This document shows, piece after piece, positions 44,828-54,442 of a DNA stretch of 64,000 bases. Position numbers and translations under genes: made by a program. The DNA is from Elusimicrobiota bacterium (lineage in GTDB: Bacteria; Elusimicrobiota; Elusimicrobia; F11): assembly GCA_044221725.1 (NCBI GenBank), contig JBGAON010000003.1, positions 1-64,000 on the forward strand. The letters run 5' to 3'. The stretch's first letter is position 1. Each line of letters opens with the position of its first letter. The notes beneath the pieces are model-generated. The model was not told the DNA's origin and searched no databases. It saw only the letters and a list, made by a program, of their open reading frames with translations.

Positions 44828-45904
44828 ATGAAGGTGAGCCGCTTAAAGAAAATATGGTGGTTTCTGGTTATCCCGATCATTTTGTTGGTTGTTGCGCGGC
44901 TCTGTCTTTCGCCGTTTCTTAAGTGGTACGTTAACCGAACGCTCGACAAAATTCCCGGTTATTACGGGAAAATCGAAAACGTGCGCGTGCATTTGTGGCG
45001 CGGCGCCTATGAAATTGACGAGCTTAAACTGCTGAAAGTGAAGGGCCAGGAGCGCGTTCCGTTTTTCTCGCTGCGACACGCCGATCTTTCCATTCAATGG
45101 CGCGAACTGTTTCACGGCGCGTTGGTGGGAAAAATTATATTGGAGAAGCCGGATCTCAATTTTATTGTCGCTCCCTCCGCGGAAGAAAGTCAAACCTCAA
45201 TAGATGAAAGCTGGCAGGACCGCGTGCAAGAGTTGTTTCCGGTAGACATTAATTATTTTCACATTGAGAATGGCTCGATTCACTTTCAAAACCTCGCAGC
45301 CAATCCCCCGGTGGACGTTTATATGACCGATTTTTCCGCGACGGCAGAAAACCTTTCAAACAGCCGCAAGCGCTACGAGAAATTGATGGCAACGCTGGTG
45401 GCGCATGGAAAGGTGATGCAACAAGGTGTGTTTGATTTTAACGTGAAGTTTAATCCGTTCGAGACGCAGCCCACGTTTCAACTGCAAGCGGTGATCAATC
45501 AGTTGCGGCTGCCGGCGGTCAATTCGTTTTTAAAACATTACGCCGGTGTCGAAGCAAAAAAGGGCACCATCAACCTGTATTCCGAAATGGCCGCCAAAGA
45601 GGGGGGCTTCCGCGGATACGCGAAGCCTTTTATGCACGACCTGGAGTTCGCGAGCTTTCCGGAGAAGGATTTGAAATTCTCCGAGAAGGTTAAAGGTATG
45701 TTCGCTAATTTCGCAGCGTGGTTGCTTAAAAATCCCAAGAAACAATCCGATGCATCCAAAATAGAGTTCTCGGGTCGCTTTGACGCGCCGAAGATCCGCA
45801 CGTGGGAAGCCATCAAATTTGCGTTTCACCACGCCTATGTTCAGGCGCTATCACCGCGGCTCGAACACACGATCACCGAGAATACCGGAAAGCCCAAGAA
45901 ATAA
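44828..45904 (+). CDS. DUF748/AsmA-like membrane-anchored protein
   Basis: N-terminal TM; YVNRTL..IPGY.G, LWRGAY, DLSIQWRELFHG and GYAKP. Confidence 0.75.
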   Translation: MKVSRLKKIWWFLVIPIILLVVARLCLSPFLKWYVNRTLDKIPGYYGKIENVRVHLWRGAYEIDELKLLKVKGQERVPFFSLRHADLSIQWRELFHGALVGKIILEKPDLNFIVAPSAEESQTSIDESWQDRVQELFPVDINYFHIENGSIHFQNLAANPPVDVYMTDFSATAENLSNSRKRYEKLMATLVAHGKVMQQGVFDFNVKFNPFETQPTFQLQAVINQLRLPAVNSFLKHYAGVEAKKGTINLYSEMAAKEGGFRGYAKPFMHDLEFASFPEKDLKFSEKVKGMFANFAAWLLKNPKKQSDASKIEFSGRFDAPKIRTWEAIKFAFHHAYVQALSPRLEHTITENTGKPKK

Positions 45905-45908
45905 CGTC

Positions 45909-46574
45909 TTACAACTGTCCCGCTTCCGCCGCTTTCTTTAGTTTGTCGTTCGCAAAGATCGCCACTTCGACGCGCCGATTCGCCTGGCGTCCGATCGCCG
46001 TGTTGTTGTCGGCCACGGGATTGTCTTCGCCATGGCCCACCGCCATAATGCGGGTCGGGTCGACGTTCTGAGTTTTCAAATAGGTTGATACGGCGTTTGC
46101 TCGATTTTCCGACAACGCGCGGTTGTATTGCGCGTTTCCGGTCGAATCCGTGTTGCCTTCCACAAGAACCTGCGTGTCTTTGTATTTGTTCATGGTTTTC
46201 GCCAGCTCGTTCAAGTTCGCCGCGGCGACCGGTTGGAGCTGCGCCGAATCGGAGGTGAACAAGATGCCCGAGTTAAATGTGATTTTGATTCCTTCCCCGA
46301 CGCGTTCGACTTTTGCGTTTTTCAAATCACGGCGCAGATCTTCCGCTTGTTTGTCCATATAGTGGCCGATGCTCGCCCCGGTAATTCCGCCGATGGTGGC
46401 TCCGAGAATAGCACCAACGGCCGTGTTCCCGGCCTGTTTGCCGATCACGCCGCCGATGGCGCCGCCGGCTCCCGCGCCAATCACGCCGCCTTTCGTTGTG
46501 CGGTTCATGCTCGAGCAACTTGTTAGAAATGGAATCAAGATCCCGCTCAACACAAATGTCTGGACTGTTTTCAT
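45909..46574 (-). CDS. OmpA-domain lipoprotein with glycine zipper (YiaD-like)
   Basis: Lipobox LTSC; GGVIGAGAGGAIGG; YMDKQ; NTDSTG, LSENRA and NRRVE. Confidence 0.9.
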   Translation of the reverse strand: MKTVQTFVLSGILIPFLTSCSSMNRTTKGGVIGAGAGGAIGGVIGKQAGNTAVGAILGATIGGITGASIGHYMDKQAEDLRRDLKNAKVERVGEGIKITFNSGILFTSDSAQLQPVAAANLNELAKTMNKYKDTQVLVEGNTDSTGNAQYNRALSENRANAVSTYLKTQNVDPTRIMAVGHGEDNPVADNNTAIGRQANRRVEVAIFANDKLKKAAEAGQL

Positions 46575-46605
46575 GGTTTCACCTCGCAGTTTTCGTCTAG
46601 AAAAA

Positions 46606-46630
46606 CTACGCGGTATCACGAAAATGGTTC
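46606..46630 (-). promoter_or_regulatory. ECF-type stress promoter GAACCA-N14-CGTAG (OmpA lipoprotein)
   Basis: Recurring motif. Confidence 0.65.
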
Positions 46631-46639
46631 TAAACCGTT

Positions 46640-46664
46640 GAACTTTCAGAAATGACCATCGTAA
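46640..46664 (+). promoter_or_regulatory. ECF-type stress promoter GAACTT-N14-CGTAA (BON protein)
   Basis: Recurring motif. Confidence 0.75.
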
Positions 46665-46703
46665 AGGTGGTTAACCGCTCGACTTGAGCGAATGGAGGAA
46701 ATT

Positions 46704-47492
46704 ATGAAGAGATTGAATTCCAGCATAATGGGATTGGCCGTGCTCATTGGAGCTTCCACGGTAATGGCCGCGGACATGGACAACCAAATCGAGAATAGTT
46801 TCAAAAATTCTTACACGTACAAGACGTATTTGAAAGACGACAGTATCAGCATGGATTCAAAGAACGGCGTTGTTACATTAAAAGGCAAAGTGGTTGATGC
46901 GTCGCATCGCTCGTTGGCCGAAGAAACGGCGGCTGAACTTCCCGGTGTGAAAAAAGTAGACAACCAGTTGGCTTACGGCGGGGATAAAGCCAATGACAGC
47001 TCGGACACCTGGCTCGCCACGAAAATCAAGTCAACGCTTCTGTTCCATAAAAACGTGAGCGCCACAAGCACGCAAGTGGACGTGAAGAACGGTGTGGCAT
47101 TTCTGAAAGGAACGGCAGAAAACGAAGCGCAAAAAGATTTAACGGCGGAGTACGCGAGATCGGTAGAAGGCGTGAAAGACGTAAAAAACGACATCACGGT
47201 TAACCCGCCGAACAACGCCAACAATGCCGGCAATACCGCGTCGGTAAACGACAATCGCAGTATCGGCGAGACGATCGATGACTCCTCCATTACCGCGCAG
47301 GTGAAACTGACGCTCATGTATCACAAATCCACAAGCGCCATGCGCACCAGCGTGAAAACGAAAGATGGTGTCGTAACGCTTCGTGGAAAAGCTCAGAACC
47401 CGGCGGAGAGAGACCTCGTAACGAAACTCGTGAGCGACGTGAAAGGCGTAAAAAGCGTCAACAACGAAATGACGGTCGAGAACAAAGCCTAG
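46704..47492 (+). CDS. Exported triple-BON-domain protein (OsmY-like)
   Basis: Three GVVTL/GVAFL...GVK.V.N units and a signal peptide. Confidence 0.9.
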   Translation: MKRLNSSIMGLAVLIGASTVMAADMDNQIENSFKNSYTYKTYLKDDSISMDSKNGVVTLKGKVVDASHRSLAEETAAELPGVKKVDNQLAYGGDKANDSSDTWLATKIKSTLLFHKNVSATSTQVDVKNGVAFLKGTAENEAQKDLTAEYARSVEGVKDVKNDITVNPPNNANNAGNTASVNDNRSIGETIDDSSITAQVKLTLMYHKSTSAMRTSVKTKDGVVTLRGKAQNPAERDLVTKLVSDVKGVKSVNNEMTVENKA

Positions 47493-47518
47493 GTCGTCGG
47501 GGCCGGGATGACGGATTT

Positions 47519-49501
47519 TTATTCGTAGCGCAGCGCTTCGATTGGCGACAAAAGCGACGCTTTTCGGGCGGGCCAGAAGCCGAACACGATTCCGGTGCTC
47601 GCCGAAAAAACGAAGGCGAGCAACACCGAGTCGATCGAAACAACGGCGGCCCAGCCCGCGAGCGTCGACATCACGAACGAAACGCTTGAGCCGAGAAGGA
47701 TCCCCATAAGTCCACCGACGAGCGAGAGCGCTCCGGCTTCAATCAAAAATTGGGTAAGAATCGCGCGTCGCGTGGCGCCCACCGCCTTTCGCAAACCGAT
47801 CTCGCGTGTGCGCTCGCTGACCGACACGAGCATGATGTTCATGATGCCAATGCCGCCAACCAACAGCGAAATTGCCGCCACAATTCCGAGCAACAGTGTG
47901 AACGTCTGCGTGGTGCCAGCCAACGCCGCTTGAATATCGGCCATGTTGCGGATCGTAAAATCGTTTTCTTTAAAGGCCGGCAACCGGTGACGACGCCGCA
48001 TCAATGTTTCAATGTCGGTCATCACATTCGGGATATAGTGGCCTGACTCACATTCAATTGCGATTGTGTTTAAATATTTTTTACCGAGCACGCGTTTCAT
48101 CGCGGTGTTAAGCGGCATCACGATCACATCATCCTGATCGCGGAAGCCACCGGCTCCTTTCACCGGCAACACGCCGATCACGAGAAAGTTGATTCGGTTG
48201 ATCTTGATGGTTTGGCCAACCGGGTTTTCGTTTCCGAACAAGTTGTTCACAACGGTTTGTCCCAGCAAAGCAACGCGCGCCAGCGATTGATTTTCCTGAT
48301 CCGTATAAAATCGGCCGAAATAGGGGGATGCGTTGCGCATGGGCGCGTACAGCGGCGTGGTTCCGGTCGCCGACGTGTTGACGTTCTTGTCTTTGTAAAC
48401 GACTTGCACGGAACCATTGACATTTCCGTCGACGTGCAGCACGTGAGGGATTTTCTGAATATCTTTCACATCTTCCATGGTCAGGCGACTGTAATTGCCA
48501 AGTTCGCCGCGGACGCCCTGACTGGAGGGGGCTTCGGGCATAAGCATCAACAGGTTTGAGCCGAGACTGGACAAGCGTGCTTCGATGGCTTGCTGCGCGC
48601 CTTTGCCGATGGCGAGCATGGCGATCACAGCGCCCACACCAATTAAAATTCCGAGCACCGACAGGCCGCTGCGCACTTTATTGGCGGACATGGCCCGGAT
48701 GGCCGATATTAGGTGCTCACGAAATTCGGCAATGCGTGACCACACTGTGTCTTTCGCAGCGGCATTTCCTTTTCCGCGTGCTGTGGTGTTCGGTTCATGC
48801 GAGACACCGCGCGATGGTTTTTGGTTTTTGTTTATTTCGTCCGACACAATCTCGCCGTCTTTTAGCCGAATGATGCGTTTCGCGTGTTCGGCAATGTCCG
48901 GCTCGTGCGTCACCATCACAATCGTGATGCCGCTTTTGTTCAACGATTTGAGCTTTTGCAAAATTTCTTCGGCCTGGTCCGACGCAAGATTGCCCGTTGG
49001 TTCATCCGCAAAAACAATGCGAGGCTGGTTCACGAGCGAGCGCGCGATCGCTACGCGTTGTTGCTGTCCGCCCGAAAGTTGATTTGGCTTGTGGTCCATA
49101 CGGTCCGCGAGGCCGACATCTCTCAAAAGCTCTTTCGCGCGTTCCTGTCGGTCGGCCACCGCCGAATAAATCATCGGCAAAATGACGTTGTCGAGCGCCG
49201 ATGTGCGCGCCAGCAAATTGAACATCTGAAAAATAAAACCGATGGTTTGCGAGCGAATAATGGCGCCTTCGTCATCTGACAAACGCGATACATCTTTACC
49301 GAGGAGGAGATATTTGCCGGACGTCGGCCGGTCCAGCAGTCCGAGGATTTGCATCAGCGTCGATTTGCCGGAGCCGGACGGGCCCATGATCGCCACGAAC
49401 TCGCCTTCGTCGATTGTGAGGTTAATGTGTTTAAGGACTTTCAGTTCCGCCCCAGCGACCTCATAAGACCGCGTGATATTTTCTAATTCGATCAGAGGCA
49501 T
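47519..49501 (-). CDS. macB: MacB-type ABC transporter (ATPase-permease fusion)
   Basis: GPSGSGKS, LSGGQQQR, ADEPTG, GGIGIMNIMLVSVSERTREIG and PIEALRYE. Confidence 0.92.
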   Translation of the reverse strand: MPLIELENITRSYEVAGAELKVLKHINLTIDEGEFVAIMGPSGSGKSTLMQILGLLDRPTSGKYLLLGKDVSRLSDDEGAIIRSQTIGFIFQMFNLLARTSALDNVILPMIYSAVADRQERAKELLRDVGLADRMDHKPNQLSGGQQQRVAIARSLVNQPRIVFADEPTGNLASDQAEEILQKLKSLNKSGITIVMVTHEPDIAEHAKRIIRLKDGEIVSDEINKNQKPSRGVSHEPNTTARGKGNAAAKDTVWSRIAEFREHLISAIRAMSANKVRSGLSVLGILIGVGAVIAMLAIGKGAQQAIEARLSSLGSNLLMLMPEAPSSQGVRGELGNYSRLTMEDVKDIQKIPHVLHVDGNVNGSVQVVYKDKNVNTSATGTTPLYAPMRNASPYFGRFYTDQENQSLARVALLGQTVVNNLFGNENPVGQTIKINRINFLVIGVLPVKGAGGFRDQDDVIVMPLNTAMKRVLGKKYLNTIAIECESGHYIPNVMTDIETLMRRRHRLPAFKENDFTIRNMADIQAALAGTTQTFTLLLGIVAAISLLVGGIGIMNIMLVSVSERTREIGLRKAVGATRRAILTQFLIEAGALSLVGGLMGILLGSSVSFVMSTLAGWAAVVSIDSVLLAFVFSASTGIVFGFWPARKASLLSPIEALRYE

Positions 49502-49502
49502 G

Positions 49503-50498
49503 TTACCGCCCGCCACTTCTCCCGGACCCTCCGCCGGATCCGCCGCGCTGTTGTTGCGATCGATTTCCCATCGTGAGCGGACTGGTCTGTGGCCCTTTCT
49601 GCACCGCATATTTTTTTGAGGACAAAAGAATCGTGTCTCCGGCGTTCAATCCGGAAGTTACCTCGATGTTCGGCCCACTTTCGATGCCCGTCTCAATAAC
49701 TTTCGGAACCGGTTTGTTTTTTTCGCCAGGAACGAGAACACGTTTTTCACCATCGCGATCTTGCACGGCCGTCGAGGGAATGAGCACCACGTTTTCTTTT
49801 TGACGCACAATGAGACTGACGTTGGCCGTCATTTGCGAACGGAAGAACGGCGGGATTTTTTTGGGCTCAATTTTTACATCGTACGTGATGACGTTCGATA
49901 CGTTTTTTCCTTCGTGCAAAATTTGAAACACTTTTCCGTCGATATTTTGGTCGGCGTATGCGTCCAGTGTGATGCGCGCCGACATGTTCATTTTCACCTT
50001 CCCAATATCCGCTTCGTCCACTTGAGCAACCACAATCAGCTTGTCCGACATCGCGAACAACACGGTAGAGGCGTCAACGGTTTGGCCGATCACAATGTTG
50101 CGCAAAATGATCACACCCGATAACGGGGCCAGCACCGGTGTCGGTTTGTACGCGTCTTGCCAATATTTGTATTCGTCGGGGCCTTGTGCGCGCGCCGCAT
50201 CCAAGATGGCGGCGCGGTCGCTCGAAGAAAGCCAGGCAAGAATGTCGCCGGCTTTGACGGTGGCGCCTTCATCAAAAAGCAGTTTCTCAATGCGGCCTGG
50301 GATCGGTGGCTTAATCTCGACACGATTTAGCGGCGATACTTCGCCGGTCGCTTCGACGGTTTCCTCTATATCGCCGGTCGTTGCTGTGATGGTTTGCATT
50401 TCCAACCGCGGGTCGCGGCTTTTCTTTGAGATCCTCCACGCGGCGGCGCTCGCAATCGCGAGCACGACGATAAGTATCAACGGCCATTTCTTTTTCAT
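49503..50498 (-). CDS. macA: MacA-type periplasmic adaptor (efflux MFP)
   Basis: N-terminal TM; GDIEETVEATG, APLSG and VDEADIGKV. Confidence 0.88.
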   Translation of the reverse strand: MKKKWPLILIVVLAIASAAAWRISKKSRDPRLEMQTITATTGDIEETVEATGEVSPLNRVEIKPPIPGRIEKLLFDEGATVKAGDILAWLSSSDRAAILDAARAQGPDEYKYWQDAYKPTPVLAPLSGVIILRNIVIGQTVDASTVLFAMSDKLIVVAQVDEADIGKVKMNMSARITLDAYADQNIDGKVFQILHEGKNVSNVITYDVKIEPKKIPPFFRSQMTANVSLIVRQKENVVLIPSTAVQDRDGEKRVLVPGEKNKPVPKVIETGIESGPNIEVTSGLNAGDTILLSSKKYAVQKGPQTSPLTMGNRSQQQRGGSGGGSGRSGGR

Positions 50499-51751
50499 AG
50501 AGGTTTTTGCAACTCCTTTCCTAAGGCTTTCATCCATTGGGCTTCGGCAACGACGGCGTCGCGCTGAGCACGCACCAACGTTTGTTCAAACGTCACACGT
50601 GTGGTCACGATCTGTTCCCAATTTTCGTACGTTAAGAGTCCATTCGAATAGCGGATATCGGCTTCGCCGTTTTGTTGGCGCGATGCTTCGAGAAATGCGG
50701 TTTGCACGGTCACTTGATCCTCGGCACCGACAAGATTCGCCCACACTGTTTCAAAGTTGCTGAGAACTTGGTTTCGGGTGGAGCGAAGATTTTGCTCGGC
50801 GCCTTCGAGTGCGCGTTTTGAGCCCGATACCGAATAGTACGCGGCGGTCGGACCTCCCGCGAACAGCGGATAACGGACGACGCCGGAGGCGGTCCAATTC
50901 ATTCCGGTGGGGAAGTAGTCGGGTCCTTGGTAAGAGCGATTGTAATTAGCGGACAGTGTGGGCCACAGAGCGCTTTTTGATTTTTGCACATTTGCAAGGG
51001 CGGTCTCCACGTTCGCTAGTTGAACCCGAACCGTCGGATGATTGTCCACAAGCGTTTTAAAATCTTGTCGCTCTTCGGTCGCGGTCGTGACCGTGAGCGT
51101 GCCCGTTCCAATATGCGCGACGAACTCATCTTCGCCCAGTTGATGACCAAGCTCTTGTTGGGCGGCCCGTAGGTCGCGGTACGACTGTTCCAAGTCTGCC
51201 TTTGCGCTTAGCAGCTCGGCTTTCGCACGCATCATGTTTCCTTTTGATTCACGTCCCGAGTTGTAGCGCAAGTTCACCATCTTTGAATTTCGGTCGCGGA
51301 TCTCGAGAATTGTCTTGGACACATCAATTTGTTTCTGCGCGTACAATAATTGTGTGAACGCCTGACGCAAACCAAACCGGGTATTTGAAGACACAACACG
51401 ATAATTCGCCACCGACCGTTCGTATTCCGCGGATGCCGCGTGGATGTTCGCAAACGCCGATTGATCAAAAATGTCCCATGTGGCCGAGGCGCCGGCGCCC
51501 CAGCGGCCGCTTCCATCATCGAAACGAAAACGGTTGTAGCTGGAGGAGAGATTGAGTTTTGGCATCACGCCGTTGTAGCTGCCTTTGTATTGCGCGCGGT
51601 TGGCTTCGACGCTGCGCTGGGCCGAAATTTGGTCGGGGTTGTTGTCGACGGCAATTCGCTCACAATCGTCCCAGGTTAATACCGGTTCCGCAGACGCGAC
51701 CGTGGATAAGATAGGAAGTGAGAGAAGAGCGAAAAATACGGATGGCTTCAT
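50495..51751 (-). CDS. TolC-family outer-membrane efflux protein
   Basis: Signal peptide and duplicated OEP repeats (NNPD...MPKLNL; NHP...WPTLSA); coupled to macA. Confidence 0.88.
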   Translation of the reverse strand: MKPSVFFALLSLPILSTVASAEPVLTWDDCERIAVDNNPDQISAQRSVEANRAQYKGSYNGVMPKLNLSSSYNRFRFDDGSGRWGAGASATWDIFDQSAFANIHAASAEYERSVANYRVVSSNTRFGLRQAFTQLLYAQKQIDVSKTILEIRDRNSKMVNLRYNSGRESKGNMMRAKAELLSAKADLEQSYRDLRAAQQELGHQLGEDEFVAHIGTGTLTVTTATEERQDFKTLVDNHPTVRVQLANVETALANVQKSKSALWPTLSANYNRSYQGPDYFPTGMNWTASGVVRYPLFAGGPTAAYYSVSGSKRALEGAEQNLRSTRNQVLSNFETVWANLVGAEDQVTVQTAFLEASRQQNGEADIRYSNGLLTYENWEQIVTTRVTFEQTLVRAQRDAVVAEAQWMKALGKELQKPL

Positions 51752-51759
51752 ATTACATA

Positions 51760-51784
51760 GACGTTCCAATCGATAAAAAGTGTC
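51760..51784 (-). promoter_or_regulatory. Second ECF-type promoter class GACAC-N16-CGTC (tolC-macAB)
   Basis: Minus strand reads TGACACTTTTTATCGATTGGAACGTCTA; a near-twin lies at 52362-52387. Confidence 0.6.
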
Positions 51785-51817
51785 AGATTTCTTTGACTTT
51801 AGGCAAAATGACGAACC

Positions 51818-52393
51818 ATGTCAGTCAGCAACGATTTGAATGTCGTTCGATCGGTTCGAAATGGAAACGTTGAGGATTACGCGTTGCTCGTACGCGAACA
51901 TCAATCTCGCGTCATTTCGTTCTGTTTCAACTTGCTAAGGAACATCGCCGAAGCGGAAGACGCTGCCCAAGACATTTTTGTGAAGGCTTATTCTTCGCTG
52001 GATCAATTTCGCGGCGAATCCTCATTTTCAACCTGGATCTGCCGGATCGCGCACAACCATTGCTTGGATATTTTGCGCCGAAAATCGCGTCAAAAAACGG
52101 ACTCTCTCGACCAATTGATGGAAGATCGGCCCGCGACCGCCGAGGCCCTGTTTGCCTCAACTCCGTCTCCTAATAATAAGGAGGAACGTTTCCTTCTCGA
52201 AGAAGCGCTCGCCTCCTTGGGCAACGACGCGCGCGAAATCCTTACGCTGCGGGAAGTGGGTGGTTTGACTTACGACGAGATTGCCGGGCAATTAAATTGC
52301 TCAATTGACGCGGTGAAATCGCGCCTCAAGCGCGCACGACAAGAGCTTCAGCAAAAAGCGCGACACTTTTTGGGTTCATCCAACGTCCAATAG
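51818..52393 (+). CDS. ECF (sigma-70 group 4) RNA polymerase sigma factor
   Basis: AEDAAQDIFVKAY, FSTWICRIAHN, LTYDEIA and VKSRLKRAR. Confidence 0.95.
   Translation: MSVSNDLNVVRSVRNGNVEDYALLVREHQSRVISFCFNLLRNIAEAEDAAQDIFVKAYSSLDQFRGESSFSTWICRIAHNHCLDILRRKSRQKTDSLDQLMEDRPATAEALFASTPSPNNKEERFLLEEALASLGNDAREILTLREVGGLTYDEIAGQLNCSIDAVKSRLKRARQELQQKARHFLGSSNVQ
52362..52387 (+). promoter_or_regulatory. Second ECF-type promoter class GACAC-N17-CGTC (anti-sigma operon, inside the sigma 3' end)
   Basis: GACACTTTTTGGGTTCATCCAACGTC shares GACACTTTTT and AACGTC with the tolC site. Confidence 0.55.
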
Positions 52394-52410
52394 ATAGCAA
52401 GGAGAAGAAT

Positions 52411-52845
52411 ATGAACCATGACCAAATAAGAGAACTCCTGTTTGATTATTACGATAACGAATTGCGGGGTGAAACCGCGGCGGAAGTGAAGTCGCACATC
52501 GCCGGTTGCCGTGAGTGCGCATCAAATATCCGGGGTTGGGCGTCGACCGCGAGGCTCGTATTCGACCCGGAGCGGCCGGCATCCGAGGTGTTTGTTCGAC
52601 GGGTGATGAACTGTGTGCGTCCGCAGCGCTCGGCGATTCCATGGCTGTTTCCGGCGTTATCGACACTCGCGTTCGCTGGTTTCCTTTTCGTGGTCCTCGG
52701 CTTTCACCGCGAAGAACCGCAGGTCTCGGTGGATTCGCTGCTGTTGTGTTCGAAAACCGAAACCGCACCGGTCGAATGGTTGCCGTCGTCCTCGGATTTG
52801 CCAAAGGACGATCAGGTATTGGATTACGCGTTGGGGGGAATATGA
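52411..52845 (+). CDS. Zinc-binding anti-sigma factor (zf-HC2/ZAS) with TM helix
   Basis: HIAGCREC (HxxxCxxC) and a single TM segment. Confidence 0.88.
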   Translation: MNHDQIRELLFDYYDNELRGETAAEVKSHIAGCRECASNIRGWASTARLVFDPERPASEVFVRRVMNCVRPQRSAIPWLFPALSTLAFAGFLFVVLGFHREEPQVSVDSLLLCSKTETAPVEWLPSSSDLPKDDQVLDYALGGI

Positions 52846-53222
52846 AGCCTGTTGTGAAATACGGTGTGGCCTTTTTTTTCGTTGGTTTGCTCGTCGGCGG
52901 CATTGTGGGACGTTGCTTGTCTCCCGGATTTTTTTATCGACGCCTGCCGGCGGAAAAGCGCCAAGAACGCACCCTAAAAAGATTTGGTTCGAAATTAAAT
53001 TTGAATCCCGAGCAAAGGGAAAGCATTCGCAAGATTCTTGCGTCGCGGCGTGAACAAATCGATGGACTGTTGACGGAGGTCCGTCCAAAGTTCGAAGCGA
53101 TTCGTAACGAGACCGCCGACGAAATCCGCAAACAACTGAACGGAGATCAGGTGCAGAAATACGATGAGATGCACAAGCGCTACATGGAGCGGTGGAAAAC
53201 GCGCTTTCTCACCGATAATTAA
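52842..53222 (+). CDS. Periplasmic Spy/CpxP/heavy-metal-sensor-like accessory protein
   Basis: ATGA-coupled start at 52842; TM anchor; LNLNPEQ and LNGDQ motifs. Confidence 0.7.
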   Translation: MKPVVKYGVAFFFVGLLVGGIVGRCLSPGFFYRRLPAEKRQERTLKRFGSKLNLNPEQRESIRKILASRREQIDGLLTEVRPKFEAIRNETADEIRKQLNGDQVQKYDEMHKRYMERWKTRFLTDN

Positions 53223-54442
53223 AGATAAACAACATCCTCGTTGCGATGAAACAGCGACAGGAACAGCAGCAAGTACCGCTGCAAATGCCCCGTTAACAAA
53301 AAGTTGTCGCGCACGTGCTCCTTCCCGTTTTGTCCCAATCGTTTCGCGTAATCCGGTGACTGCAACAATTGTTTCAGCGCGTACGCCGCTCCTTCGATCG
53401 AATGCGTGAGCAGTCCGGAATATTGATGCGTGATCTGCAACGGAATTCCGCCGACGGCGCCCGCGATCACAGGTTTTCCTTTCCACAGCGCTTCGGAGAC
53501 CGTTAGTCCAAATCCTTCCTTAATTGATTTCTGAAAAATCACGTTGCTCGCGCGTTGCAACGCGTTGATTTCAATGTTCGCCGTCGGTGGAAGATTCAAA
53601 ATATGAATATCGGGATCACCATCCGCGCGATTTTTTACCTCGGCGAGAACTTGCGCGCCTTCCGGGTCGTCGGTTGCCCCGCCGCCAGCCAAAATCAATT
53701 GGCAATCGACGTACGGCTTCGCCAGTCGGTACGCTTCGATGACGCCAAGCGGGTCTTTCAAATAGTCAAAACGCGAAATTTGCGTAACGATTGGTTTGTC
53801 GCGGGAGATTTGGAATTGGTCGAGTACCTTGTCAATGACGGACGGTTCGAGCTCCTTGTTTTTATCGCTCAGCGGATCAATGGACGGCGTGATGAGAACT
53901 TGCGGAATATCAAGTGCTTGGGCAAATGTCGGTGAAGAAAACACCGCGCTGTCGTATTGTTGCACGAGCGGCCGCAAGAAATCCCAAATCGCCGCGTTGG
54001 GATTTGAAAGATCGATGTGACAACGCCAAATCCAATGATTACCGAGTTCCTTTTTCTTTCTAATAAACCCGGCTGGTTGCGGGTCATGAATAAAAACGAT
54101 GTCGGCATCGAGCGATAAGGTTGCGAGGTTTTCGTCTTGGGTTTGGTCGTAGACATTTGTGTCCGCTTCGCCAAACTCCACGGGCGCGCCGTGCAGGCCG
54201 TTGTGCATTTTTTTCGTCACCGCGAAAAACTTTTCGCCGCCCTTGATCACGTCCCAGCGCGCGTCGATGTTCAATTCCTTCATCAGCGGAACCATACGGT
54301 TTAGGATTTCGGCCACGCCGCCTCCCACCGCCGTGGAATTCACGTGCAGTACTTTCTTGCCTTTCAGCTTTTCAGCGATCAATTGAAGGTCATCAATGAC
54401 CGCCTGGCCGACAATGGGTGCGTAATCAGTGAGCTGCACCAA
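53219..54442 (-). CDS. treT: Trehalose glycosyltransferring synthase (GT4, TreT)
   Basis: HVNSTAVGGGVAEIL, IHDPQP, WRCHID, ISRFD..KDP and EGFGLTVSEALWK. Confidence 0.9.
   Translation of the reverse strand: MVQLTDYAPIVGQAVIDDLQLIAEKLKGKKVLHVNSTAVGGGVAEILNRMVPLMKELNIDARWDVIKGGEKFFAVTKKMHNGLHGAPVEFGEADTNVYDQTQDENLATLSLDADIVFIHDPQPAGFIRKKKELGNHWIWRCHIDLSNPNAAIWDFLRPLVQQYDSAVFSSPTFAQALDIPQVLITPSIDPLSDKNKELEPSVIDKVLDQFQISRDKPIVTQISRFDYLKDPLGVIEAYRLAKPYVDCQLILAGGGATDDPEGAQVLAEVKNRADGDPDIHILNLPPTANIEINALQRASNVIFQKSIKEGFGLTVSEALWKGKPVIAGAVGGIPLQITHQYSGLLTHSIEGAAYALKQLLQSPDYAKRLGQNGKEHVRDNFLLTGHLQRYLLLFLSLFHRNEDVVYL

Noticed and set aside
46581..46614. Hairpin sequestering the OmpA-lipoprotein RBS (RNA thermometer or riboswitch)
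   Set aside because: Much of the 5' arm overlaps the predicted promoter (46606-46630) and would not be transcribed from it.
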